Assembly: GCA_002269645.1 (NCBI GenBank)
Contig: NIVC01000934.1
Coordinates: forward strand, 62,001 to 126,000
Direction: 5' to 3'
Length of the DNA: 64,000 nt
Source: Macrostomum lignano
Lineage: Eukaryota
This document shows positions 48,857 through 59,693 of this stretch, in pieces. The position numbers and the translations under genes were made by a program. The notes below the pieces were generated by a model, which searched no databases, had not been told where the DNA came from, and was given only the letters and a program-made list of their open reading frames with translations. Every line of letters starts with the position of its first letter. Position 1 is the stretch's first letter.

Positions 48857-48914
48857 CCACAGAGCCCGGCGTCACCTCGAGAGCGGCGACCGCGCCAGAG
48901 TCCGCGCCATCCAG
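48857..48914 (-). pseudogene. Degenerate fragment homologous to the DDR juxtamembrane/kinase exon (60362-60422)
   Basis: LDGADSGAVAALEVTPGSVVL vs LDGGADSDAVAALEVAPGSVAL, with clear nucleotide similarity. Confidence 0.7.
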
Positions 48915-49159
48915 TCTGACTTTCGAGCGCCATCTGTCTGCAGGCGTCACCGCAGGCGCCGGAATTTCTCAGTCAGCCCATAGACAGCAATAATTTGGTA
49001 AACAAAATTCCGCAGTTGCTATGGAGACAACATGATTTTGTGAATCGGAAATTTTGATGCTTTTGAATCTGTATAAAATATTCTCCATTTATTTATTCCA
49101 AAAAATCAGGGTAATTATAAGAAAGACTTTAAATTTTGTTTAGCACAAAATGAAATTAT

Positions 49160-49410
49160 AAATATTGCATTCAGGGGATAAATATTGCATTCAGGGGATA
49201 AATATTGCATTCAGGGGATAAATATTGCATTCAGGGGATAAATATTGCATTCTGGGGATAAATATTGCATTCAGGGGATAAATATTGCATTCAGGGGATA
49301 AATATTGCATTCCGGGGATAAATATTGCATTCAGGGGATAAATATTGCATTCCGGGGATAAATATTGCATTCAGGGGATAAATATTGCATTCCGGGGATA
49401 AATATTGCAA
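49160..49410 (+). repeat. 20-bp minisatellite (AATATTGCATTCAGGGGATA)n
   Basis: Direct periodicity. Confidence 0.95.
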
Positions 49411-49959
49411 TCAGGGAATAGTAAACTTTCGCACACACCATCAGTGATTCAAATTCGCTCATTGCTACTTGTCAGTAGTTGATCTCTCACATCTGGCCAT
49501 CACAAGCAGTCCCTCAGGTGCATAAAAAGTAACTCAGCGTGTCAGCTGTGAAAGCTCCAATTAAAACGCCTTTCTGTCGATAAGAGCTGCAAGAATGCCT
49601 GCAGGGCATGCAGAGCCAGCAGCTGAGCCACAGGGGGCTCACAGATAAGGCCGCCTGTTCACCGCAGCTGAGCCTACAGGAGGCATTCTAGCGGTGAAAT
49701 GCTTGGCGTACTGTTCTGCTCTGACAAAATCAGCAGTGCATTTTATCTAATCATTATTTTGGTGCCATGGCTCAGTGACTTGGCACAGATTTTTCATTTT
49801 AGCACTTTTATATCAGCTCACTGGGAATTTGAATTGCCTCGAAATATGCTTAACGAGAGAATATGTTTGTCTTTGAGGGAGATGATTTCCACTGTTGACA
49901 GTTCTCAGAGAGACAGCGGAACAACAGCAATGAAATCACAGCTTCTGATTGACCATCTT

Positions 49960-50238
49960 TCACTGACTCATGCCAGTCTGTCACTGACTCATGCCAGTCT
50001 GTCACTGACTCATGCCAGTCTGTCACTGACTCATGCCAATCTGTCACTGACTCATGCCAGTCTGTCACTGACTCATGCCAATCTGTCACTGACTAATGCC
50101 AATCTGTCACTGACTCATGCCAGTCTGTCACTGACTCATGCCAATCTGTCACTGACTCATGCCAATCTGTCACTGACTCATGCCAATCTGTCACTGACTC
50201 ATGCCAATCTGTCACTGACTCATGCCAGTCTGTCACTG
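49960..50238 (-). repeat. 21-bp minisatellite beginning at the kinase-2 stop codon, ~13 copies
   Basis: Same unit as 37255-37678. Confidence 0.95.
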
Positions 50239-50694
50239 CAGAAATTTGTGCTCCAGCAGCTCCGCGGTGGCCGCTCGCCTCCTCGGCTCCCTCTGGATGC
50301 ACCGTCCGTAGAAGTCCCTCATCAGGGCGGAGGTCCCGGCCGGTAGCTGCGGCATGTCGTGGTTTCGAATCCTCAGCGGGATCTGCTGCCACCTGAGCTG
50401 CCAGTTCGGAGGCTTCATCTCCAGCATCTCGAACACGGAGCAGCCGAAAGCCCACACGTCAGTCTTGGGTGAGTACACGATTCTTCCGTCCTCACTGAAC
50501 AGCTCAGGAGCCATGAAGTAGGTGGTTCCGCACTCCGTCTTGGTGCTCCGCATCGAGGCGAAGACCTCCTTGGCGAGACCGAAGTCGATCAGCTTGATGA
50601 GGCCCTCGTTGGTGAGCATCAAGTTGGAGCACTTGATGTCACGGTGCAGGGTGACGGGACTGCGGCTGTGCAGGAAGTTGAGCGCTGAGCAGAT
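50233..50694 (-). CDS. Ankyrin-repeat Ser/Thr kinase paralogue 2, exon 3 (kinase C-lobe)
   Basis: HRDIKCSN, DFG, GTTYFMAPE and DVWAFGC motifs; stop at 50233-50235. Confidence 0.92.
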   Translation of the reverse strand: MCSALNFLHSRSPVTLHRDIKCSNLMLTNEGLIKLIDFGLAKEVFASMRSTKTECGTTYFMAPELFSEDGRIVYSPKTDVWAFGCSVFEMLEMKPPNWQLRWQQIPLRIRNHDMPQLPAGTSALMRDFYGRCIQREPRRRAATAELLEHKFLQ

Positions 50695-50719
50695 CTGTGA
50701 GTTGGGGAGCGAGTGAGCA

Positions 50720-51746
50720 GGGGTGGTGTGGGATCTGAGCTGCTTGGAGAAGTCCCTCACTGCTGCATGGGGTGGTGTGGGATCTGAGCTGCTTGGAGAA
50801 GTCCCTCACTGCTGCATGGGGTGGTGTGGGATCTGAGCTGCTTGGAGAAGTCCCTCACTGCTGCATGGGGTGGTGTGGGATCTGAGCTGCTTGGAGAAGT
50901 CCCTCACTGCTGCATGGGCTGGTGTGGGATCTGAGCTGCTTGGAGAAGTCCCTCACTGCTGCATGGGCTGGTGTGGGATCTGAGCTGCTTGGAGAAGTCC
51001 CTCACTGCTGCATGGGGTGGTGTGGGATCTGAGCTGCTTGGAGAAGTCCCTCACTGCTGCATGGGCTGGTGTGGGATCTGAGCTGCTTGGAGAAGTCCCT
51101 CACTGCTGCATGGGGTGGTGTGGGATCTGAGCTGCTTGGAGAAGTCCCTCACTGCTGCATGGGCTGGTGTGGGATCTCACTTGCTTGGAGAAGTCCCTCA
51201 CTGCTGCATGGGGTGGTGTGGGATCTCACTTGCTTGGAGAAGTCCCTCACTGCTGCATGGGGTGGTGTGGGATCTCACCTGCTTGGAGAAGTCCCTCACT
51301 GCTGCATGGGGTGGTGTGGGATCTGAGCTGCTTGGAGAAGTTTCTCACTGCTGCATGGGGTGGTGTGGGATCTGAGCTGCTTGGAGAAGTCCCTCACTGC
51401 TGCATGGGGTGGTGTGGGATCTGAGCTGCTTGGAGAAGTCCCTCACTGCTGCATGGGGTGGTGTGGGATCTGAGCTGCTTGGAGAAGTTTCTCACTGCTG
51501 CATGGGCTGGTGTGGGATCTGAGCTGCTTGGAGAAGTCCCTCACTGCTGCATGGGGTGGTGTGGGATCTGAGCTGCTTGGGAAGTCCCTCACTGCTGCAT
51601 GGGCTGGTGTGGGATCTGAGCTGCTTGGAGAAGTCCCTCACTGCTGCATGGGCTGGTGTGGGATCTGAGCTGCTTGGAGAAGTCCCTCACTGCTGCATGG
51701 GGTGGTGTGGGATCTCACTTGCTTGGAGAAGTCCCTCACTGCTGCC
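50720..51746 (-). repeat. 49-bp exon-end/donor minisatellite, ~21 copies
   Basis: Same unit as 38160-38745. Confidence 0.95.
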
Positions 51747-52141
51747 TCGTCGAAGGGCCGTCGCTGCAGCTGCATCAGCTCAGAGAGGCTGTGGCCGGAG
51801 ATCAGCTCGGTGAAGATGCACAGCTTGCCCTTCTTGATGCGCTCAGACTTGAGGAACTGCACGATGTTCGGGTGCCGGATGGCCTTCAGGACGGAGATCT
51901 CCGCATTCTCCTTCTCGATGGCCTCGTCCATCAGCCTGGCGCTGCTGGCACCTTCCAGCCTGACGATCTTGACAGCCACAGTCTGGCGCTTATCGGTGAA
52001 CGCCTTGTACACCTGGCCGAAGCCGCCCGCTCCGAGCAGCTGCTTGTTGCCGTCACCATCGAGAAGGAAGTCCCAGCTGGAGAAGGCGGGGTCCAGAGCC
52101 GGCCTCGCACTGAAAGAGGAGAGGGTTGGGAGACTGAAGCA
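51719..52141 (-). CDS. Ankyrin-repeat Ser/Thr kinase paralogue 2, exon 2 (kinase N-lobe)
   Basis: LGAGGFGQVY, VAVK and HPNIVQF; CAA|GTGAGA donor. The acceptor is at 52141 or 52109. Confidence 0.88.
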
Positions 52142-52226
52142 CTGCGGGATTGCTGCAGAAATGGGGAACTGAGCAGGCAGGGAGAGAGTCTGTCAGGTGA
52201 TCATTGTGAGCCACTCTTAGCTGAAC

Positions 52227-54479
52227 CGAATGCAATTTCCCAAGTGAAAAGTGGAAGACGGCCTGCCTTGCTGACGGAGTTTCCTCGGACTGCGCGTCCA
52301 CCGCCCGCCGCAGCTGCAAGCCCGACATCGCCTGGCCCAGCCTCCGCTCTTCTCCATCAGGCTGCTGCCGCCGCTGCTCTGCGATCCACTCCCGAATCCG
52401 AGCTCCGTGCTGAGAGTTCCGCTCTGCGTAGTCGGCCACCGACTCGCCACCGGAATCGAGAAAGTCGAATGGGGCGAGGCCGAGAGAGTCCGCGATGAGG
52501 CGGAGCGAGTCCAGGTCGTGATGCTGAGCAGCCAGGTGAGCAGGTGTGGCTCCGTTTGAGTCTTTTTCCAACAGACAGGCCGGACCGAGCTCAGAGATGA
52601 GCCACTTGAGACAGGAGTTGGTCTCATTCATAGCAGCAAAGTGAATGGCAGTGCGTTGGACTAGGCCAGGCTGATGGAAGCAGTCGGATCCGAGGACTGA
52701 TTTGAAGAACTGCATGGAATCGGCGCCCTGCTTCCAAGCAGCGAGATGGACGGGAGTGTTTCCTTGTTGGTCTCGAACGGAGAGACAGTCGGTTCCGCAC
52801 TCGTTCACCAGCCACTTGAGACAGGAGTTAGTAGCTTCATTCGTAGCGGCATGGTGAATGGCAGTGCGTTGGCAATTGCCAGGCTGATGGAAGCAGTCGG
52901 ATCCGAGGACTGATTTGAAGAACTGCATGGAATCGGCGCCCTGCCTCCAAGCAGCGAGATGGACGGGAGTGTTTCCTTGTTGGTCTCGAACGGAGAGACA
53001 GTCGGTTCCGCACTCGTTCACCAGCCACTTGAGACAGGAGTTAGTCCCATTCAAAGCGGCCCAGTGAATGGCAGTGCGTTGTAAGTAGCCAGGCTGATGG
53101 AAGCAGTCGGATCCGAGGACTGATTTGAAGAACTGCATGGAATCGGCGCCCTGCTTCCAAGCAGCGAGATGGACGGGAGTGTTTCCTTGTTGGTCTCGAA
53201 CGGAGAGACAGTCGGTTCCGCACTCGTTCACCAGCCACTTGAGACAGGAGTTAGTAGCTTCATTCACAGCGGCACGGTGAATGGCAGTGCGTTGTAATAA
53301 GCCAGGCTGATGGAAGCAGTCGGATCCGAGGACTGATTTGAAGAACTGCATGGAATCGGCGCCCTGCCTCCAAGCAGCGAGATGGACGGGAGTGTTTCCT
53401 TGTTGGTCTCGAACGGAGAGACAGTCGGTTCCGCACTCGTTCACCAGCCACTTGAGACAGGAGTTAGTAGCTTCATTTAAAGCGGCTTTGTGAATGGCAG
53501 TTTGTTGTAATAAGCCAGGCTGATGGAAGCATTCGGATCCGAGGACTGATTTGAAGAACTGCATGGAATCGGCGCCCTGCTTCCAAGCAGCGAGATGGAC
53601 GGGAGTGTATCCATGTTGGTCTCGAACGGAGAGACAGTCGGTTCCGCACTCGTTCACCAGCCACTTGAGACAGGAGTTAGTCCCATTCAAAGCGGCCCAG
53701 TGAATGGCAGTTTGTTGTAATAAGCCAGGCTGATGGAAGCAGTCGGATCCGAGGACTGATTTGAAGAACTGCATGGAATCGGCGCCCTGCTTCCAAGCAG
53801 CGAGATGGACGGGAGTGTTTCCTTGTTGGTCTCGAACGGAGAGACAGTCGGTTCCGCACTCGTTCACCAGCCACTTGAGACAGGAGTTGGTCGCTTCATT
53901 CTCAGCGGCACAGTGAATGGCAGTGCGTTGGACTAGGCCAGGCTGATGGAAGCATTCGGATCCGAGGACTGATTTGAAGAACTGCATGGAATCGGCGCAC
54001 TGCTTCCAAGCAGCGAGATGGACGGGAGTGTCTCCTTGTTGGTCTCGAACGGAGAGACAGTCGGTTCCGCACTCGTTCACCAGCCACTTGAGACAGGAGT
54101 TAGTAGCTTCATTCACAGCGGCAAAGTGAATGGCAGTGCGTTGGAGTCGGCCAGGCTGACGGAAGCAGTCGGATCCGAGGCTGCGGTGAATGAGCTCCAT
54201 CCATGACTCATCTCGATACAAGGCAGCCAGGTGCACAGGAGTGTTGCCGTATTGGTTGGTGCAGGTGAGGCAGTCGGGTCCGAGTTTCTTAATAAGAGCC
54301 TCGAAGCAGCGGAGACCGTCGGATAGAAATGTCACGTGATGAGCAATGGACTGATTCAACTGGTTGATGATGACTTCGAAGTTGGCGTCGAGCTGCCGGC
54401 AGAGGGGGAGCAGGCGGCCTGCGTCCTTGGCACGGAGGGCTGCAGCGACTTCTTCGCGCACTGAGGCTTGCCGGGCCAT
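52227..54479 (-). CDS. Ankyrin-repeat Ser/Thr kinase paralogue 2, exon 1 (~18 ankyrin repeats, including 8 double units); spliced product ~1045 aa
   Basis: Long ORF from ATG 54479. Donor uncertain, as in paralogue 1. Confidence 0.88.
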
Positions 54480-54528
54480 GTCTGCAGAGTGGCGCGGACT
54501 GCGAGCGCGCTGGGCTGCTCTGTGCCGC

Positions 54529-54535
54529 TTTTATA
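54529..54535 (-). promoter_or_regulatory. TATA box upstream of the kinase-2 ATG
   Basis: CATATAAAAG in a position equivalent to paralogue 1. Confidence 0.6.
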
Positions 54536-54677
54536 TGGGCGGTGCGGAGAGGCGGGCTGAGCGGCATCCGAGCCAGACTACTGTGAGTAGGCAAAGCAGA
54601 GTAAACTGCAGATGCTGTGCTGAGTCTGTCAGTTCTGAGCTCGGAACTCAGCGAGACCGACTGCCGGCCGCAGGTGC

Positions 54678-55339
54678 GGCGACACGGGAAGGTGAGCGAC
54701 ACGGGAAGGTGAGCGACACGGGAAGGTGAGCGACACGGGAAGGTGAGCGACACGGGAAGGTGAGCGACACGGGAAGGTGAGCGACACGGGAAGGTGAGCG
54801 ACACGGGAAGGTGAGCGACACGGGAAGGTGAGCGACACGGGAAGGTGAGCGACACGGGAAGGTGAGCGACACGGGAAGGTGAGCGACACGGGAAGGTGAG
54901 CGACACGGGAAGGTGAGCGACACGGGAAGGTGAGCGACACGGGAAGGTGAGCGACACGGGAAGGTGAGCGACACGGGAAGGTGAGCGACACGGGAAGGTG
55001 AGCGACACGGGAAGGTGAGCGACACGGGAAGGTGAGCGACACGGGAAGGTGAGCGACACGGGAAGGTGAGCGACACGGGAAGGTGAGCGACACGGGAAGG
55101 TGAGCGACACGGGAAGGTGAGCGACACGGGAAGGTGAGCGACACGGGAAGGTGAGCGACACGGGAAGGTGAGCGACACGGGAAGGTGAGCGACACGGGAA
55201 GGTGAGCGACACGGGAAGGTGAGCGACACGGGAAGGTGAGCGACACGGGAAGGTGAGCGACACGGGAAGGTGAGCGACACGGGAAGGTGAGCGACACGGG
55301 AAGGTGAGCGACACGGGAAGGTGAGCGACACGGGAAGGT
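54678..55339 (+). repeat. 17-bp minisatellite (GCGACACGGGAAGGTGA)n, ~39 perfect copies
   Basis: Direct periodicity; the paralogous site at ~41020-41038 has a single unit. Confidence 0.97.
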
Positions 55340-55846
55340 GAGCGACACGGGAAGGTGAGCCCTTCATAAAGGGAAGGGCGAAACTAAGATTGGGGTACCG
55401 GAGAATGGGGACAAATTGAAGAACAAAATGAGCACAAGATATATATCCAGCGCTCCGAATACTGACTCGAACTCAATCCAGCACCTGAATACTCGAATGA
55501 GCAGGTCACGGGCAGCGGCTGATGAGCATCAGTGAGCTCACTGTTGCACAGGAACTCTTGATAGCGCCGTCATTGCAGAGCAGCATCAGTGAGCAAGTGA
55601 GCACAGCGCAACTCTCAGAGGAATATTTTACAATCGATTGCAGCTCATAAATCAGACAAGCTGAAGTCGACACTCAGAGCGCAGCCTTCTCAGCAACTGC
55701 TTGAGCACCTTTGTTTTGCATCAGCCAGCAGGTGGACAGCGGCTTGGTGTGGAGCCACCGACTTTGAGCACTCTGCTTGCTGAGTAATGTACATTAATGT
55801 ACTGATGTGCTTAGTGCTGTACTTTTGCAATAAACCGTTATGTTTT

Positions 55847-56140
55847 AGAGTGCTCCATCACCGGTACAGAGTGCTCCATCACCGGTACAGAGTGCTCCAT
55901 CACCAGTACAGAGTGCTCCATCGCCGGTACAGAGTGCTCCATCGCCGGTACAGAGTGCTCCATCACCGGTACAGAGTGCTCCATCACCGGTACAAAGTGC
56001 TCCATCACCGGTACAGAGTGCTCCATCACCGGTACAGAGTGCTCCATCACCGGTACAGAGTGCTCCATCACCGGTACAGAGTGCTCCATCACCGGTACAG
56101 AGTGCTCCATCACCGGTACAGAGTGCTCCATCACCGGTGC
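55847..56140 (+). repeat. 21-bp minisatellite (GAGTGCTCCATCACCGGTACA)n
   Basis: Direct periodicity. Confidence 0.95.
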
Positions 56141-56576
56141 TCAATAATTAACAAAACACGCAATTCCGTGACTTCAGTTTCTGCAGAAGCAGCAACGCTG
56201 CTCTCCAGACTCTGTCAAGTCCAGCAAATTTCTCCAAAGTGCAGAATCCTCAGAGCCTCATCAAATATATTTAGTCATCAGGCAGGGCGGCAGGGAGGCG
56301 TCAAGCGCTCAGGAAGCTGGCAGTTCTGGCACCAGACTCTGCTCAGAGCTGCTCACAAATCTGCACTCAGCGGGCTGGCTGAGGCCTCGCAGCTCTGATG
56401 GGATTTGAGAAGCTGCTGGAGTTGAGCACTGCGGGACCTGAGCGACTGGAGCAGGAAGGGACTTAAGCTGATGAGGCTGTGCGAGCGACTCTAAATGCAA
56501 TGCTCTGGGAGACTGGGGAGATGGAGAAGAGAGGAGAGTAAAGAATGAAAAAGAGAAGAGAGGAAAAATGGAGTTC

Positions 56577-56985
56577 GGGTGCAGCAGTGGGAGATGCAGT
56601 GTGCGGGCACAGCACGGGTGCAGCAGTGGGAGATGCAGTGTGCGGGCACAGCACGGGTGCAGCAGTGGGAGATGCAGTGTGCGGGCACAGCACGGGTGCA
56701 GCAGTGGGGAGATGCAGTGTGTGGGCACAGCACGGGTGCAGCAGTGGGAGATGCAGTGTGCGGGCACAGCACGGGTGCAGCAGTGGGAGATGCAGTGTGC
56801 GGGCACAGCAGGGGTGCAGCAGTGGGGAGATGCAGTGTGCGGGCACAGCAGGGGTGCAGCAGTGGGAGATGCAGTGTGCGGGCACAGCACGGGTGCAGCA
56901 GTGGGAGATGCAGTGTGCGGGCACAGCACGGGTGCTGCAGTGGGAGATGCAGTGTGCGGGCACAGCAGGGGTGCAGCAGTGGGAG
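56577..56985 (+). repeat. ~39-40-bp minisatellite (GGGAGATGCAGTGTGCGGGCACAGCACGGGTGCAGCAGT)n
   Basis: Direct periodicity. Confidence 0.94.
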
Positions 56986-57662
56986 GCGGCGGGTTCGCAC
57001 CTGACAGACTCAATAAAAATTCAATTAACGCACAATGAGCAGCGAATGTACATCAGTGTAAATTACAGATCAGTCTGGGAAAGGATTGCTAGCCCAGCTC
57101 CCTACTCTATTGGGATAAATCCTCAGCTTAAATCCCAAAGCATCCCAAAGCTCAGGGTCAGATTAGCAATTCACTCCCCGACCCCGCTGGGCCCAGCAGC
57201 TCACAGCGGGTGCACACAGCAAGTTCAGCTTGCCGATTCGGCAGGGACAACAAAGAGTCACAACAAAGAGCTGATGGGGACAAGCGGCAGGTGCAGGGGA
57301 TCACAGAGAGCGGTGCACAGGCGGTGCCAGGCGGTGCATTCTGAAGTGCAGGAGGACTTCAGCGAATTGCCAGGTGCAGAAATTTGCACACAGAAATATT
57401 TTTTGCAGTGCGAGCTGAGCGAATTCGGCAAAGCTGGGCAGAGGGCGCGGCAGCTGCGGCTCTGCGGCATCTCCGTGTGAGCCGCCCCGGATCTGCCGCT
57501 CCTTGGCTAGACTAGCAATCCACTCTGTTTGTGGAATCCAGCAAACCAGGCCCGGGAGCGCCAAGGTCAAGTCAGTAAAAGTACATCCTGTCACATCCAG
57601 GGCATTGCTGATTGACAGTTCAGTCCAGCTGCATGGGCCGGGGCTCGAGCCCCGCACCTCCC

Positions 57663-57887
57663 CTAGGAGGCCAGCGGCAGCTGCAGCAGGCTGCCGTCCC
57701 GTGGCGAGAAGCCGGCGTTGTGGCGCTGCAGGAACAAGTGCACCTCCCGGAACCGCGGCCTGCAGGCTTCGTCCCGCTGCCAGCACTCGCTCATCAGGTC
57801 GAAGAGCTCGCGGGGGCACCGCGGGGGGCGGGGCAGCGCCTGAGCAGCGCCGTTGCAGAGCATGACGTGCTGGCAGTTGGCGACCAC
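57663..57887 (-). CDS. DDR: Discoidin domain receptor-like tyrosine kinase, last exon
   Basis: PRCPRELFDLMSECWQRDEACRPRFREVHLFLQRHNAGF matches the invertebrate DDR-type C-terminus. GCCAG acceptor and TAG stop. Confidence 0.9.
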   Translation of the reverse strand: MVANCQHVMLCNGAAQALPRPPRCPRELFDLMSECWQRDEACRPRFREVHLFLQRHNAGFSPRDGSLLQLPLAS

Positions 57888-57934
57888 CTGGCAGTGATGG
57901 GGAGCGGGAGTCTGGGTCAGGACACAGGTTCAGA

Positions 57935-59582
57935 GTGGATTGCTAATCTAGCCTGCACAGCTGCACAAATGGATTGCTAATCTAGCCTGCACAGCTGCAC
58001 AAAAGGATTGCTAATCTAGCCTACACAGCTGCACAAATGGATTGCTAATCTAGCCTACACAGCTGCACAAATGGATTGCTAATCTAGCCTACACAACTGC
58101 ACAAATGGGTTGCTAATCTAGCCTACACAAATGGGTTGCTAATCTAGCCTACACAGCTGCACAAATGGATTGCTAATCTAGCCTACACAGCTGCACAAAT
58201 GGGTTGCTAATCTAGCCTACACAGCTGCACAAATGGGTTGCTAATCTAGCCTACACAGCTGCACAAATGGATTGCTAATCTAGCCTACACAGCTGCACAA
58301 ATGGGTTGCTAATCTAGCCTACACAGCTGCACAAATGGGTTGCTAATCTAGCCTGCACAACTGAACAAATGGATTGCTAATCTAGCCTACACAGCTGCAC
58401 AAATGGATTGCTAATCTAGCCTACACAACTGCACAAATGGATTGCTAATCTAGCCTACACAGCTGCACAAATGGATTGCTAATCTAGCCTACACAGCTGC
58501 ACAAATGGATTGCTAATCTAGCCTACACAACTGCACAAATGGGTTGCTAATCTAGCCTACACAACTGCACAAATGGATTGCTAATCTAGCCTACACAGCT
58601 GCACAAATGGATTGCTAATCTAGCCTACACAGCTGCACAAATGGATTGCTAATCTAGCCTACACAGCTGCACAAATGGGTTGCTAATCTAGCCTACACAG
58701 CTGCACAAATGGGTTGCTAATCTAGCCTACACAAATGGGTTGCTAATCTAGCCTACACAGCTGCACAAATGGATTGCTAATCTAGCCTACACAGCTGCAC
58801 AAATGGATTGCTAATCTAGCCTACACAAATGGATTGCTAATCTAGCCTACACAAATGGGTTGCTAATCTAGCCTACACAAATGGGTTGCTAATCTAGCCT
58901 ACACAGCTGCACAAATGGATTGCTAATCTAGCCTACACAGCTGCACAAATGGATTGCTAATCTAGCCTACACAAATGGATTGCTAATCTAGCCTACACAG
59001 CTGCACAAATGGATTGCTAATCTAGCCTACACAAATGGATTGCTAATCTAGCCTACACAAATGGGTTGCTAATCTAGCCTACACAGCTGCACAAATGGAT
59101 TGCTAATCTAGCCTACACAGCTGCACAAATGGATTGCTAATCTAGCCTACACAGCTGCACAAATGGATTGCTAATCTAGCCTGCACAGCTGCACAAATGG
59201 ATTGCTAATCTAGCCTACACAGCTGCACAAATGGATTGCTAATCTAGCCTACACAGCTGCACAAATGGATTGCTAATCTAGCCTACACAGCTGCACAAAT
59301 GGATTGCTAATCTAGCCTACACAGCTGCACAAATGGATTGCTAATCTAGCCTACACAACTGCACAAATGGATTGCTAATCTAGCCTACACAGCTGCACAA
59401 ATGGATTGCTAATCTAGCCTACACAGCTGCACAAATGAATTGCTAATCTAGCCTACACAGCTGCACAAATGGATTGCTAATCTAGCCTACACAACTGCAC
59501 AAATGGATTGCTAATCTAGCCTACACAGCTGCACAAATGGATTGCTAATCTAGCCTACACAACTGCACAAATGGATTGCTAG
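57935..59582 (+). repeat. 34-bp intronic minisatellite (ATGGATTGCTAATCTAGCCTACACAGCTGCACAA)n with 24-bp variants
   Basis: Direct periodicity. Confidence 0.97.
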
Positions 59583-59693
59583 TCTCTCAGATCTCGCAGG
59601 CAATTCAATTCTACTCAGTTATGCTACTCTACTGCCTACTTCCAGTAGTGCAAGTACAGCCAGTCAGACAAACACCGAGCAGCAGCCGCTCAC

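Noticed and set aside
52610-54270. Diversity-generating retroelement explanation for the hypervariable ankyrin codons, given the nearby RT genes
   Set aside because: The variable codons are not explained by adenine-only mutation of one template, no template repeat is visible, and the nearby RTs are ordinary broken Gypsy pol genes.
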